Counted from the first letter of the stretch, positions 52,166 through 64,000 are shown. The stretch is DNA of 64,000 nt from Octopus bimaculoides (GCF_001194135.2 NC_068981.1:177980965-178044964); one strand, 5' to 3'. Notes: a model not told the origin generated them from the letters alone. Numbers and translations: made by a program.

Positions 52166-52805
52166 CATCATTATTATTGTTATTATTAAAGCGGTGAGTT
52201 GGTAGAAATAATAGTATATTTTATCTGTCTTTACGTTCTGAACTCAAATTCTGCCAGAGTCAACTTTGCCTTTCATCCTTTTGGTGTCAATAAAATAAGT
52301 CTCAGTCAAGTACTGAAGTTGATGTAATCAATTTGACTTCTTTCCAAAAATTTCAGGCCTTGTACCTATAGTGTCCTCTTCATCTATGCCCCTATGGCTA
52401 ATAAAAGAAATGATGGTGGTGGTGGTGGCTGTGGTGATGACAGTGATGATGATGGCAGCAGCAACCCAGCAAAGGGATTAGATCCTGCTAAAGCCAATTT
52501 TGCCTTTTATTCCTCCAGGGCAGGTAAAATAAAATACCAACCAAGTGATGGGTTAATGGTTTCAACAAACCCACCCCCTCAAAATTACTGACCTAAATTA
52601 GAAAGTGTTGAATTAACAAAATCATTAAAGTGGCATATAAAATACCTTATGATATCTAATTACAGCCCTTTCCATTCTAAGTTCAAATTCTCCAAGGCTG
52701 ACTTTATCCTTTCATTCTTCCAAGGTTGATAAAATATAACAGCAGTAAGTACTGGGGTCAATTTAATTGACTAACCACTACAACCCACAAAATTTCAGGC
52801 CCTTT
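52095..52805 (+). mobile_element. Cluster of 3-4 SINE C copies/fragments interleaved with (TTA)n and (GGT/GAT)n
   Basis: TTTGCCTTTCATCC / AAAATTTCAGG motifs recur near 52098, 52260, 52500 and 52700. Confidence 0.75.
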
Positions 52806-54834
52806 TCTTATCTAAGAGACTGCCACTGCTGCTGCTGTCATCAGCAATGTCAAAGAATGTTCCTTTGTATCTGCTTGTTTGCCACCCTACCCCCACCCCT
52901 GTACAGAAATCCCGTTAATCCTCTCACATGTTTTTATACCTGAAGATGTAGGGGAGTGGGTAAAATGGATTCCTCACCCAGTATATGGAAGAAACTGCAA
53001 GTGAGAGGTTCTCACTGCCTCAACCAATGGGAACGTTTGCTTTGTCTAGACCAATATGCATTTTACATCCTAGTGAATGTGGTTTCAAATTTATTCCAGT
53101 ATTGAAACTGGCAGTAAGCCAATGGAGCTTCATTTGCCTTGATGTTAGTTTAATACACCATCGCCTCATTTATATCAGCAATATTCTTAAGAAAGTCATT
53201 AACATTACAATTTCTCATTTCACAAATCTTTATAGATTTGAGATGCCCTATTTTTGTAGTCTTTTATTTTAAAATCATGCATACTTATTGACAATATATA
53301 CTCCATTTCACATTTTTAATATGAAAAGAAGTTATTTTAGCTTTATTAATAATTTCCACTGGAGGGTCCCTTTCATATTGTTTTGTTTCAATACAGAGCA
53401 TGGTCTGATGGTTCTACACTGCAGTTTTTATAGTTTTGAAGGGGAAAATATCAGTGAAGTTATATGGAAGAAGCATCTGCATTTCTGAATCCCTCCACCT
53501 ACAACTTTTATTTTAGTATTGAAGGATGTTGATAATATTTAATTAATATGAAGCCATTGAATATGATACAGTGTAACCAGCCTATGCTAGGCTCTTGTTT
53601 GAAACTGGCTGTATCAACAATATCAGTAAGGTGATGGTAGTTACATATTTGGGTATCTTTCAACAAAATCATATTGGTCAATGTAATGTATGTTTTAACT
53701 GTTGTTGACTGTAGTCAACTATGCACAAATGATAATCTGACCTGCAGCTTAAATGTTTATCATGTAGGTAGATATAAGCAACCAGGATAAAATGTTTATT
53801 CAAATATGTTTGCTTGTCAGAGCCTGACTAACAGTACAAAGAAAATTATTTGTCATATTATTCAGTGAGCAATTTGCTATGTTTTACAGAAGTTTTAAAT
53901 TGAAACCTGTGCCTGATATATCACTATACCTGAATGCTTTTACAGATAATGTACAAAACTTCATTCATACACAAATGCAAACATGCATATACACATACAC
54001 ATGCACACTAGAATATTCTCATAGGAAACTGATGTAATAAGTGAATTGGTCTCTTAATTAAATATAATAGAAGAATGTTATGCATGGTTTATTGCTGAGC
54101 AAATAGACAGCAGAGACACAGTGATAGAATGTTTTAATCATTTCAGATTCTTCAGATCGTTTTGAATGTGTTGTTAAGCTACTGGATAGGCAATGTTTTA
54201 TATTCTTTACTTATAAAGAGCATAATCAATATTTGAAATTATATTATTTTATAAAGGATGTCATTGTTGCTAAATGATAATAAAAGATAAAATATTTGGA
54301 TATTTTCAAATTTTATTGTAGCTAATTGAAATAACAACTAAAGGCATAATCTAATTATAAAAACTACTTAAGTTTGCATGATGTTGGAGTAAGAGTTTTT
54401 CAGCATTTAGTTTTTCCCTTCCTACAATTAGCTATGCAACTGTAGAAAGTATGAATGGCAGCTATTGTTAGTTAAGTAGACAAAGGCAAAAACAACAATA
54501 CATGCTGCCTAGGACAGAACATATTAGCTGTACTCATAGTAGCCAATAGGTGACAACAGTAACCTCATGATCACAGGTCCACTGCTTTTGTTATGTAAGT
54601 AATAGCAAGAGATGCTTATCACAGACACAAGACTAATTCAACAGTCAACAGAATATTATAATTCATGGAGCTTCTCTGTATAACAGTCATATGGGATGCT
54701 GGATAAGGAAACTGTAACAGAATGTAGTTCTGATGTAACAATACATAAAAAAAAAAGGGAATGAATTAAAATAGATGATTGAATGGTAGTTGAAATAGGG
54801 GTGAGGTTAATGCTTTGTAAACCTTTGGGTTGGC

Positions 54835-55495
54835 AGTATCTTTCTTCTTTTACATATTTCAGCCATTGAGCTGCAGCCATGCTGGGGCACTGCCTTGAAG
54901 AGTTTTAGTTGACTGAATTGACCCCAATACTTATTTACATTTTTAAAGCCTCGTACTTATTTTATTGGTTTCTTATATTCTTTTCTACTCTAGGCACAAG
55001 GGCTGAAATTTGGAGGGAGAGGGCCAGTCGATTAGATCTACCCTAGTAAGCAACTGGTACTTAATTTATCGACCTGAAAGGATGAAAGGCAAAATCAACC
55101 TCAGTGGAATTTGAACTAAGAATGTAAAGACAGACGAAATACTGCTAAGCATTACACTTGGCATGCTAACGATTCTGCCAGCTTGTCGCCCTATTGGTTA
55201 CTTAAACCGAACTGCTAAGTCATAGGGATGTAAACAAACCAACACTAGTTGTGATAGCAGAGAACAAATGCAAACACACAGATATATATATATATATGCG
55301 CATGCGTGCACGTGCACACAAACACACACACACACACACAGGGCATCTTTCAGTTTCCATCTACCAAATCCATTCACTTTGGTTGACCTGGGGCTGTAGT
55401 AGAAAACTCTGGCTCAAGGTTCTACAAAGTAGGACAGAACCCAGAATCATGTGGTTGAGAAACAAAAACTTCTTACCACACGACAATCTTCAGTG
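54835..55495 (-). mobile_element. SINE D + microsatellite + tail E, interrupted by a SINE C insertion
   Basis: Tail E 54835-54970 resumes at 55192-55270; head D at 55340-55495. Confidence 0.8.
54971..55191 (-). mobile_element. SINE C insertion with 8-bp target-site duplication
   Basis: TATTGGTT at 54963-54970 and 55192-55199. Confidence 0.85.
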
Positions 55496-55848
55496 TTCCT
55501 AGACGAAGGTGGTTTGGCAAGTATAATTCTAAGTTAATGACATAGTATTTATGTCCAAAATAGACCAGGTTAGGTGAAGAAAATTCAGCTACTGGTACCA
55601 TGTCACCCAGTACTACCTGTTTCATGGTTGGTTGACTGATGACTAAACCAGCTACCCTACCTGGCTTGCCAAGTGAGGAGGATGTTTTGGACACTCTACA
55701 GGACTAAAACCAAAACTTGTCAAAGGGTGGATGAGTTCAATGTGAGTCAACAGCCATCCACATAAGTGGTGCCTCATAAAACACCATGTACATGGGCTGG
55801 CAAGGTGTAGAGCAAAGAAAAAGACCAAAATACAAGTTAGTAATATAG

Positions 55849-56350
55849 GTGCATGGCTTAGTGGTTAGGGCATTTGGCTCACAACTGTAAGGTCATTAGT
55901 TCAATTCCTGGTAACACATTGTGTCTTTGAGCAAGACACTTTATTTCACATTGCTCCAGTCCACTCAACTGATAAAAATGAGAAGTACCCGTATTTCAAA
56001 GGTACACAAGCCTGTGGAGTGATTAGCCACTCGCACATTAATTTCAGGCGGCGAGCTGGCAGAATCGTTAGCATGCCGGGCAAAATGCTTAGCGGTATTT
56101 CGTCTACCACTACATTCTGAGTTCAAATTCTGCCGAGGTTGACTTTGTCTTTCATCCTTTCAGGGTCGATTAAATAAGTACCAGTTACGCACTGGGGTTG
56201 ATATAATCGACTTAATACCTTTGTCTGTCCTTGTTTGTCCCCTCTGTGTAGCCCCTTGTGGGTAGTAAAGAAATAACAAATTAATTTCACGAGCAAACTG
56301 TTCTGTTGATCGAATCAACTGGAACCCTCATTGTTGTAACTGATGGAGCA
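55849..56350 (+). mobile_element. SINE family B, interrupted by SINE C
   Basis: GGTGCATGGCTTAGTGGTTAGG...AGTTCAATTCC head; body resumes at 56280. Confidence 0.85.
56047..56279 (+). mobile_element. Full-length, low-divergence SINE C with 10-bp target-site duplication
   Basis: ATTAATTTCA at 56037-56046 and 56280-56289; starts GGCGGCGAGCTGGCAGAATCGTTAG; CpG-rich. Confidence 0.9.
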
Positions 56351-56464
56351 CAATTTTTTTTTTTTTTTTTTTTTTAATAGTCCTTGTCAAAGCTTGCAAT
56401 AGTGAATTATGCACAGTATCTATTCATGCTTCAAGGAAGAGATCATTTATCAGTTACAACATAA

Positions 56465-56609
56465 TCACAGATGGCTGTATGGTACAAAGTTTGCTTTTCA
56501 AACACATGGTTCCAGGTTCAGTCTCACTGGTCCTTAGGCAGGTATCTTCAGCTATACTCCAACCAAAGCCTTGTGGGTGGATTTGGTTGGCGGAAACTTC
56601 AAGAAAGCC

Positions 56610-56649
<40 letters not shown>

Positions 56650-56918
56650 GTGCGCACGCACGCGCATACATGTATCTGTATGCAACCTTGCTTTGATATT
56701 GCATGTCAGTTGTAAATGAATGTCATTGTTGTACAAGCAGTGTCATTCATTTCCCATATTCTAAGAGAACATGTCTGGCCATGGAGGAATATTACCTTAC
56801 TCAGAAACAGTTAAAGGCTGACGACAGGAAGGGCATTCAGCTGTAGAAAAAAAATCTGCCTTTAATACATTCCATACAACCCATTCAAACAAAAGTGGAC
56901 GCTAAATGGTGGTGGGGG

Positions 56919-56950
<32 letters not shown>
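56465..56950 (+). mobile_element. SINE head D + (CT)n + tail F ending in (GAT)n
   Basis: GGCTGTATGG...GGTTCAGTCTC head; GACAGGAAGGGCATTCAGCTGTAGAAAA RTE-like tail. Confidence 0.75.
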
Positions 56951-57029
56951 GTTTTTACTGGTGATAATTCATAACTCCTTTGGGGTAGTAGGTTACATAT
57001 CCTATCAAATCAGCCAGCTGTAACACTTA

Positions 57030-57150
57030 AAACCTGAGATGGACAAGGAAATCTTGGGAACAAATACTTAAGGATGATCTCAGATAGCTAGAACTAAGAG
57101 AATAACAGAAGAATCAAGTACAGAAAGATGGATATTAGAAAGAACAATGT
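57030..57150 (+). mobile_element. RTE C-terminal relic
   Basis: RWTRKSWEQILKDDLR*LEL resembles GRPRKTW...DL. Confidence 0.4.
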
Positions 57151-57879
57151 TGGTGGTGTTTGTACTAAGTAAAATAATATCTTTGTTTTCTTTTATATCA
57201 AACAGTTCTTTTCATGTTAACTGAGACAGTGGAGAACTAGCATAGATGATTAAGATTATTTAATTCAGTGATTCATTTGTGAGCTCATATCTTGTTCAGA
57301 CTGACTTTGTTTCCAGCTGAGAAAATAAATGAAAGATAATAGGTCATTTTTATAATCTAAACCATGCCCACAGAACTGGTCTTAAGGACTTAGTAATGAT
57401 CACTACATAGACAAAAAGTGTTACACTATAGAACACCATGTTATAATAATCATAACATTTTCATAACAGTATTATATTTTACAAAGTAAAAGTGTTAGAA
57501 ACAATATCAGCAACAGCAAGCCTAAATTTTTTTTTCTTTTAATTTCAGTTAATATATTGCATTATTTTTCAACAATATTGGGGAAGATCCAATATTATTT
57601 TGTCTAAATTCATTTTTAATCATAAAATAGATATTAAAAAAAAAACCTAACACACAAACAATAGTTCACAGCCTTGCTTCCCAGTTTTATAGAAAGTATC
57701 AGAAAGCCACACAGCCTATCATCTTTTTTTCAAAATTCCAGTTACTTATGTACAAATCTGAAGCTTTATAACTTAGGAGAAATGTGGTGGTGGATGAGGG
57801 GGGGGGCTTCATCAACACAAGCAGCAACAGTCCAATTTCATAGGAAGCTACAGACCCACAAGAAACAAATGGCAAGCAG

Positions 57880-58180
57880 TTTTCATTGGAGATTTACATG
57901 TTAGACACAATTGAAAAAGTTAGTTAATGGTGAAGGTGACAACAATGCTTTTACTAAATTTCTCCATAGCTCGCTGGCGGGTGATAGAGGAGGGTATAAT
58001 CACCAGAGAATCTGATTTATGGGAACCATACTGGTGGTCATTTAGGAGAGAGGTATTCAAGATGTTGGTTATTGGTGGTTGTTAATGGCTGTCCACATTA
58101 CCTTAGAGATAACAGAAATGAGTATAATAGGGTAACAATTGACAGGGTCAGAGAGGTTGCCTTTCTTGGGAATGGGGCCA
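57880..58180 (-). mobile_element. CR1-group LINE RT N-terminal relic
   Basis: PIPKKGNLSDPVNCYPIILISVISKVM...LLNDHQYG...AMEKFSKSIVV matches PIPKKG...NYRPI.L.S..SKV...LL.D.QYGF. Confidence 0.75.
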
Positions 58181-58182
58181 AT

Positions 58183-58545
58183 CATCATAATCATCATTAT
58201 TATCATTTAACATCTATTTTCCATGCTGGCACAGGTTGGATGATTTGAGAGGGGCTGGCAAGGCTAGGAGCCACACCAGGTTCCAATGTCTGTTTTGGCA
58301 TAGTTTCTACAGCTGGATGCCCTCCCTGATGCCAACCATTTTACAGAGTGTACTGGATATTTTTTACATGGCATTAGCACTGACGGGATCACCAAGTACC
58401 GTGCAAGATAAAAAAAACCCTTTAACTGGGAGTGGGGAGTAGTATTGAGGGGACGTGGCTTTGTGGCAGTTGAGAGATTTCAGGTATAGAAGTGACAGAT
58501 ATAGTATAGGTGTCTTACTGTAGAGTAGATACATGGATACCCCAG
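58183..58545 (-). mobile_element. Family A-related tail with additional 5' body
   Basis: TTTCTACAGCTGGATGCCCTCCCTGATGCCAACC; 58430-58540 resembles 27750-27865. Confidence 0.7.
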
Positions 58546-58604
58546 TTGGAAAACAAGAGAGAGAGGGGGGGGAGATAGGGAGAGAGAAAGAGAGGGGGGG
58601 AGAT

Positions 58605-58671
<67 letters not shown>

Positions 58672-58689
58672 GGCAAAGATGTATCAGAA

Positions 58690-58940
58690 CATGCCCTCAA
58701 AGGACATTGGAGCTGGTGAGACATAGAGGCTTGGGTTGGGTGAGTAGACTGGATTGAGGTGACTGTAACAAATGATGGAGAGAAATAGAGAGCCTTGGGG
58801 GCAGGGTTTGCAGTAGATATGTGAGGGCATTGAGAGTGATAGCAGGTAAGCGAGGAGTTGATGATGAAGAACAGTATGAGAAGGGAGAGAAGGTACAGAA
58901 AAGAGGTGATTAGTTGAGATTGTAGACAGGGAAGACAATG
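58690..58940 (-). mobile_element. Possible upstream continuation of the 57880-58180 LINE relic
   Basis: Same strand and composition; only weak peptide similarity. Confidence 0.25.
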
Positions 58941-59129
58941 AGAAACAGAAGTGGTTCGAGGGGGGGGGGGGAAGAAAGGTAACAGAGAAAGCTGAAGTGG
59001 AGGGATGTTGTATGTGACTATTCGGCTCTCAGGTGATGGGGAAAAGGTTGACAGAGCTGAGAGGATGGAGTGGTAGTGGGATAGAGCCCCTCACCAAGGT
59101 GGTTTTAGGATATCAATTCTGCTGTGGTG

Positions 59130-59510
59130 GACAGCAAGGTACCAGATATCTCATTCCTTGGTCATCTCCTTTATAAGGCTCAGCATCTTGAGACTGGTCT
59201 TCAATACTTCATCCCATGTCTTCATGGGTCTCCTTCTTCCACAACTTCCATCCACTTAAAGTGAATGGCATTTCTTTACGCAACTGTCCTCACCCATATG
59301 CATCACATGACCAAACCAGCACAGTCTTGTGTGCTGCACCTAATTCCTCTTATGCCTAACTTTTTCTCCCAATACACTAGCACTCTATCGCTCCTGTACA
59401 CTGACACTGCACACCCAGTGGACCATACTAGCTTCATTCCTCTCCAGTTTTTGCATGTCCTCAGCATTCAGAGCCCACATCTCACTACCATGTAGCATTG
59501 CTGTCCATGC
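59130..59510 (-). mobile_element. RTE LINE C-terminal fragment
   Basis: AMLHGSEMWALNAEDMQKLERNEASMVHWVC...LCWFGHVMHMGEDSCVKKC...RRPMKTWDEVLK. Confidence 0.9.
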
Positions 59511-59553
59511 ACATGCAATATACAATACACACACACACACACACACACATATG

Positions 59554-60104
59554 TAGGGTGGGGGAAGAGAGGACGGATATTTTTGAAATGGCTATTACTC
59601 AGCCCCAAGGGGTGGGACATATGTCTGTAGTGTCTGAGGAATTCTGTTATGTCTTAGCAATTCTGTAGTGTCTTAGCAATTCTTTTTCTTTTCAGATGAA
59701 GCCATGGCACTGTTTGCCTATGACAGTTACATGAAGAATAACGAGTCTGTCACAGCAGTTCAGCATGAGTTTCGGTGCTGCTTCAACATTCACCAAAATC
59801 AGACTGTTCCCACCCGTAACACAATCTTATGTTGGGTGAATGCACTTTGTACACAAGATATATACTAATGAATAGGAGACCAATGGGTGCGCCACAAACA
59901 ATACGGACCCCGGAAAATATGGACCATGTCAGACAAGCTTTGATATGGAGTCCAAATCACTCTGCTCAGAAGCATTTCACTGAACTTGGCATATTTTGCA
60001 TGAGGACCTGCATTTCTACCCATACCAATTGGTCATTGGGCAACAGTTGAAACCATGGGACTATGCAGAGAGCAATGCTGGAGAGAGTGGAGGCCAACTT
60101 CCAT

Positions 60105-60105
<1 letters not shown>
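59554..60105 (+). mobile_element. Tc1/mariner element: left end and N-terminal HTH transposase region, internally deleted
   Basis: MALFAYDSYMKNNESVTAVQHEFRCCFNI...VPTRNTILCWV / PQTIRTPENMDHVRQAL..SPNHSAQK..LGI / ILHEDLHFYPYQL..QQLKPWDY, typical of DUF4817-type HTH transposases. Confidence 0.88.

Positions 60106-60192
<87 letters not shown>
60105..60192. repeat. (GT)n microsatellite
   Basis: Direct reading. Confidence 0.95.
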
Positions 60193-60193
<1 letters not shown>

Positions 60194-60471
60194 AGGCACA
60201 TAAACACACGCAGACAAGAAAATTAAATTAATAGTCCAACTTATTGATTACTTTTTCTTTTGTTTATTACTACCATTGTACATGTACCTGCATGGATATA
60301 TACATATAGTCAAAAATAAAGGTGTCAAATAGTACCAACACCAACTTTGGGGGTTTAGTCAGATCTAAAGCAAAACCAAGTTTGAATAAACCACAAACCT
60401 GGTGAAACCTCGAAGTCATTCACTGTCAACGAAATTATACTACACACAAACATTTTACACAAACATGCACA

Positions 60472-60505
<34 letters not shown>

Positions 60506-60779
60506 AGCACAAGCAGTTACATGAAGTAGTCTGGCTATTATAACAACTCTGGTCTATGCATGTCACTGTCCTCTCATACATATCTAAGCAATAACTTATT
60601 CTCTCTCTCATATCTCCATGTGCCCTGAGGAAGAGGTTATAACCCCAGCATATTGAAATATATTGAAAACAAACATCAACTGTTTGTTTCCACTCTTATA
60701 TTTCACTTTGCATGTTTCAGCCTTATAAAAAAGTTTTTATCTACTATGTGCACGTGCATGCACACACACAACATGTGAG

Positions 60780-61085
60780 TGCAGAAAATTGGCAGAGCCA
60801 TTAGGCTGTCAGAAAGAATGCCTCGCAGTATTTCGTTCAGCTCTCTGCACTCAGGGTTCAAACCTCACTAAGGTAGCTTTACCTTTCATTCTTCTAGGCT
60901 TCAATAAATAAATTACCCGCCGAGAATAATGGAGTAGCTGAATTCTTAGCGCCATAGGACAGAATGCTTTGTGGTGTGTCTTCTAGTTTTATGCAATCTT
61001 GTGTTCAAATCCCTGTCACTGAAAAGAAGTTATCAGTTCTGTGTGCCAGTGCACCAGCTGGCAGAAGAGAGAATGCAAGGAGACT
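60780..61085 (+). mobile_element. Tandem SINE C heads/fragments
   Basis: TTGGCAGAGCCATTAGG..AATGCCTCGCAGTATTTCG..GGGTTCAAACC; repeated GCTGAATTCTTAG and GCTGGCAGAA starts. Confidence 0.6.
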
Positions 61086-62187
61086 TTTAACCCCTCAGTA
61101 ATATCTCCTTACATATATATACACACACATGCATACCCTCACCCACCCCACACACATATACATACCCACACTCACATAGGGAAAAATGCGCGCGTGCACA
61201 AACACACACACACACACANNNNNNNNNNNNNNNNNNNNNNNNNNNNNNNNNNNNNNNNNNNNNNNNNNNNNNNNNNNNNNNNNNNNNNNNNNNNNNNNNN
61301 NNNNNNNNNNNNNNNNNNNNNNNNNNNNNNNNNNNNNNNNNNNNNNNNNNNNNNNNNNNNNNNNNNNNNNNNNNNNNNNACATACACAGAAAAATCCATT
61401 ATAGAGTGATTAAATTATTCTACATTACCAATGTGATTTAGTCTGATTCAAAAGCAAATAGAACAACTAAAATTAAACAAAGTAAATCAATACAAAATTC
61501 TGATTACATTTCAGTGACATATTCTCTTAGCACTCCATCATATCTGGGATATTGTTCTAATTTCAAAGCAACAATGGCAGAGGAAGAAGCAAAATCAAAA
61601 TTGAAAGCATTCTGGTTCAATGAATGAATGAATATGAAGAAGAAATTAATTGCTATGGCTGAAAAGAACTTGCAGAGCAGAAGTAACAAAGCAGTTATTA
61701 GCCAAGGTGTTTGAATATTTGCTCAGAGAGTATTAAATAAAAAAAATAAAAATGGTTTACAAGCAGCTGTGGTAGATAGCTGTTAGCCAACAGGCGGAGA
61801 TAGGGAGAAAAATTTGAAGAGAGTGAGAAAGATAGAGACATTGAGAATGTGTATGTGAAAGAGAGGGGGGAAAGAAAGGGGAGGAGTTAGAACAGGGGGG
61901 AGGAGTGAGAGAGTGTGACTAAAGAGGGAGTCTTGAGAGCTAAGAGGGTGAGCTCTATAGAGCTGAGTCAAAATGTTTTATACAAACTCTCTCTACCCAA
62001 GATTCAGTGGGGATGGTGGGGTGGGAAGCTCTATATATCAAGATACACACTGGTGGTACGAAGTTAAGAAACAAGGAGAGGGGTAAAAAGAAAAAACTTA
62101 AAAACAAAGAAAGGGGATCAATATGGGTGGTAACGAGAAAGAAAGAGAGAGGGAGGGAGGGAGTCAAGAATATTAAAGATAAGACTG

Positions 62188-62206
62188 TAGCAGATAAATA
62201 ATAATA

Positions 62207-62258
<52 letters not shown>

Positions 62259-62338
62259 TAATAATAATAATAATGATAATGATAATAATAATAATGATAA
62301 TAATAATAATAATAATGATAATAATAATAATAATAATG

Positions 62339-62403
<65 letters not shown>
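62188..62403. repeat. Long (AAT)n microsatellite with GAT interruptions
   Basis: Direct reading; source of the poly-Ile ORFs. Confidence 0.97.
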
Positions 62404-62406
<3 letters not shown>

Positions 62407-62419
62407 AGTCAATGTATAA

Positions 62420-62930
62420 GGTTAGGTGGGCAAGGAGTGAAGGAAATGTCAGGCAAGGAAGTGAAGAGTGATGAGGAATAAGGAAGAGGGTACAGTGGAG
62501 ATGAAAGAAGAGAGAGATGGATGCAGGGGTGGAAGAGAACCTGAAACAGAATAAAAATATGTAGGAGGGGTGGTTGTCAGAGACTGAGAGAGAAAGAGAT
62601 AGGGAAAGGGAGAAAGGGAAAAAAAGAGGGAGTGTGTGAAAAAGAGATGGGAGAGTAAAAGAGAGAAAGGGGGGAATAGAGAGAGAGAGAGCCGAAGCAG
62701 AAAGAATGAGGCCAAATGTATGTCAAGTTAAGACAGACTAGAAAGTAAATAAATACAAATAAGAACAGAAGAGTGGTCGGGTGAGAGGGGGAAAACTGAG
62801 AAAAACTAATACACAATAGAAGTAATTTTGTTGTCTGTCCCAGGGTAGGGAGTGAGAGAGAGAGAGACAGACAGACAGAGTAAAAGAGAGAGAGAGAGGA
62901 GGGGCAAAGAGGGAAGGAAAAAGCTTGAGT
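62420..62930. repeat. GA-rich low-complexity tract
   Basis: Strong purine skew on the + strand. Confidence 0.7.
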
Positions 62931-63574
62931 TATTTGCAGTTCTTATCTGTTCCCAGTTAAAGAAAAAAAATAAGGAACAAATACAATACAAAGTAAAACA
63001 TGAATTAAATACAAAATATTTTGTATAATTGAACCCTTATCAAGAGTAAATGAATGAGATGGGTTAATATGAAATTTTTGCACAGAATTCTGCAAGAGGG
63101 GGTGATAATTAATAATTAGAAAAAAAAAATTAAAAAAGGACAAAGGAAACTATTTTATAAGAAAATAAGTACAGCTCAAAATATACACATCGAAAAAAAA
63201 AATGCTTTGTTTTGATATTTTTTATCATTTCTTTTAATATATTTACTTCAAAATAACAAAAACAAAAAAAAAGAAAGTTTTTAATTTAAAAATAGAAATC
63301 ACAGCAAGCATTTAACACCCTCCCTCCTTTTTATGGTCAATTAATTGCATAGCTTTAAAACATCAATGAAGAATTTAAAGATGAAAATTAATATATTTAA
63401 TTTATATGCATATAGGGTTGTTTAATTTAACTGTGAAATTTGAGAAGTCTTCCAACAGAAGCTTTTTATCCACACACAAATGATTAATGAGTTCAGCTAA
63501 AAGTATTTCATGTTATCTCTGAAGATTAAAAGTTCATCTTTCCTTATTCAGGGTCCACAGAGATACAGAGTGGA

Positions 63575-63968
63575 TTAATATATGGGCGGTAAGAAGTTTA
63601 CTTCCCAAACACAGTGTTCCAGGTTCAGTCCTACTGCATGGTACTTTGGGCAGGTGTCTTCTACTATAGCCTCAGGCTTACCAAAGTCTTGTGAGTGGAT
63701 ATGATAGAATGGATACGATGAGAAACTGAAAGAAGCCCATTGTGTGTGTGTGTGTGTGTGCTTGTGATTGTCTCTCACCACCACTTGACAATCAGTGTTG
63801 GTTTGGTTACATCCCTGTAACTCAACATTTCAGCAAAAGACACTGATAGAATAAGTATTAGACTTAAGAAAAATATAGTGGAGTTGATTCGTTCAACTAA
63901 AAGTTCGTTAAGGTGGTATTCCAGTATGGCCACAGTCTAATGTCTGAAACAAGTAAAAGATAAAAGAT
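63575..63968 (+). mobile_element. Near-complete SINE head D + (TG)n + tail E
   Basis: GGTAAGAAGTTTACTTCCCAAAC..GGTTCAGTCC head; ends GTCTGAAACAAGTAAAAGATAAAAGATA. Confidence 0.8.
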
Positions 63969-64000
63969 AGACGGCGCGCGCGCGCATATATATATATATA

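Noticed and set aside
53397-53435. AWSDGSTLQF resembling the C-type lectin WSDGS motif after a good acceptor
   Set aside because: An in-frame stop follows immediately, with no donor and no other lectin cysteine/tryptophan pattern.
54455-54515. TGGCAGCTATTGTTAG resembling miR-34/449 in a weak hairpin
   Set aside because: The seed differs (GGCAGCU vs GGCAGUG), the stem is only about 13-17 bp with a 3-nt bulge, and there is no basal stem.
35919-60105. N- and C-terminal mariner halves as one giant element
   Set aside because: Orientations are incompatible (C-terminal half on minus at 36 kb, N-terminal half on plus at 59.6 kb) and the termini do not match.
62173-62419. Poly-Ile, poly-HT, poly-CV, poly-ER and poly-LS ORFs throughout the track
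   Set aside because: Translations of microsatellites.

Overview
AT-rich eukaryotic non-coding DNA (intron or intergenic) from a gapped short-read assembly, with about 14 N-runs, many flanked by microsatellites. The repeat complement (several tRNA-derived SINE families, RTE LINEs ending in (GAT)n, TTAA-flanked MITEs, very dense di/trinucleotide microsatellites) looks like an Octopus genome; this is inferred from recognition, not a database result. No host protein-coding gene can be assembled with confidence. Nearly all ORFs in the track are microsatellite, N-run or antisense-TE artefacts. The only recognisable protein sequence comes from decayed transposons: at least 7 RTE LINE fragments, a second APE-type LINE family, R4/Dong-like RLE LINE fragments, CR1-group RT relics and two Tc1/mariner transposase halves. 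Most notable observations: (1) two adjacent stem-loops at 50322-50569, one with canonical pre-miRNA geometry and one an ungapped 60-bp TTAA-flanked foldback with a G-U bias on the + strand; (2) a C4HC3 PHD-type zinc finger inserted inside the RT domain of the RTE LINE, seen in three independent copies; (3) a modular SINE whose single tRNA head and internal microsatellite join two alternative 3' tails; (4) two clean SINE-in-SINE insertions with target-site duplications; (5) a few isolated splice-site-flanked micro-exon candidates. TE boundaries are approximate and were read by eye. Family letters A-F are my own labels.
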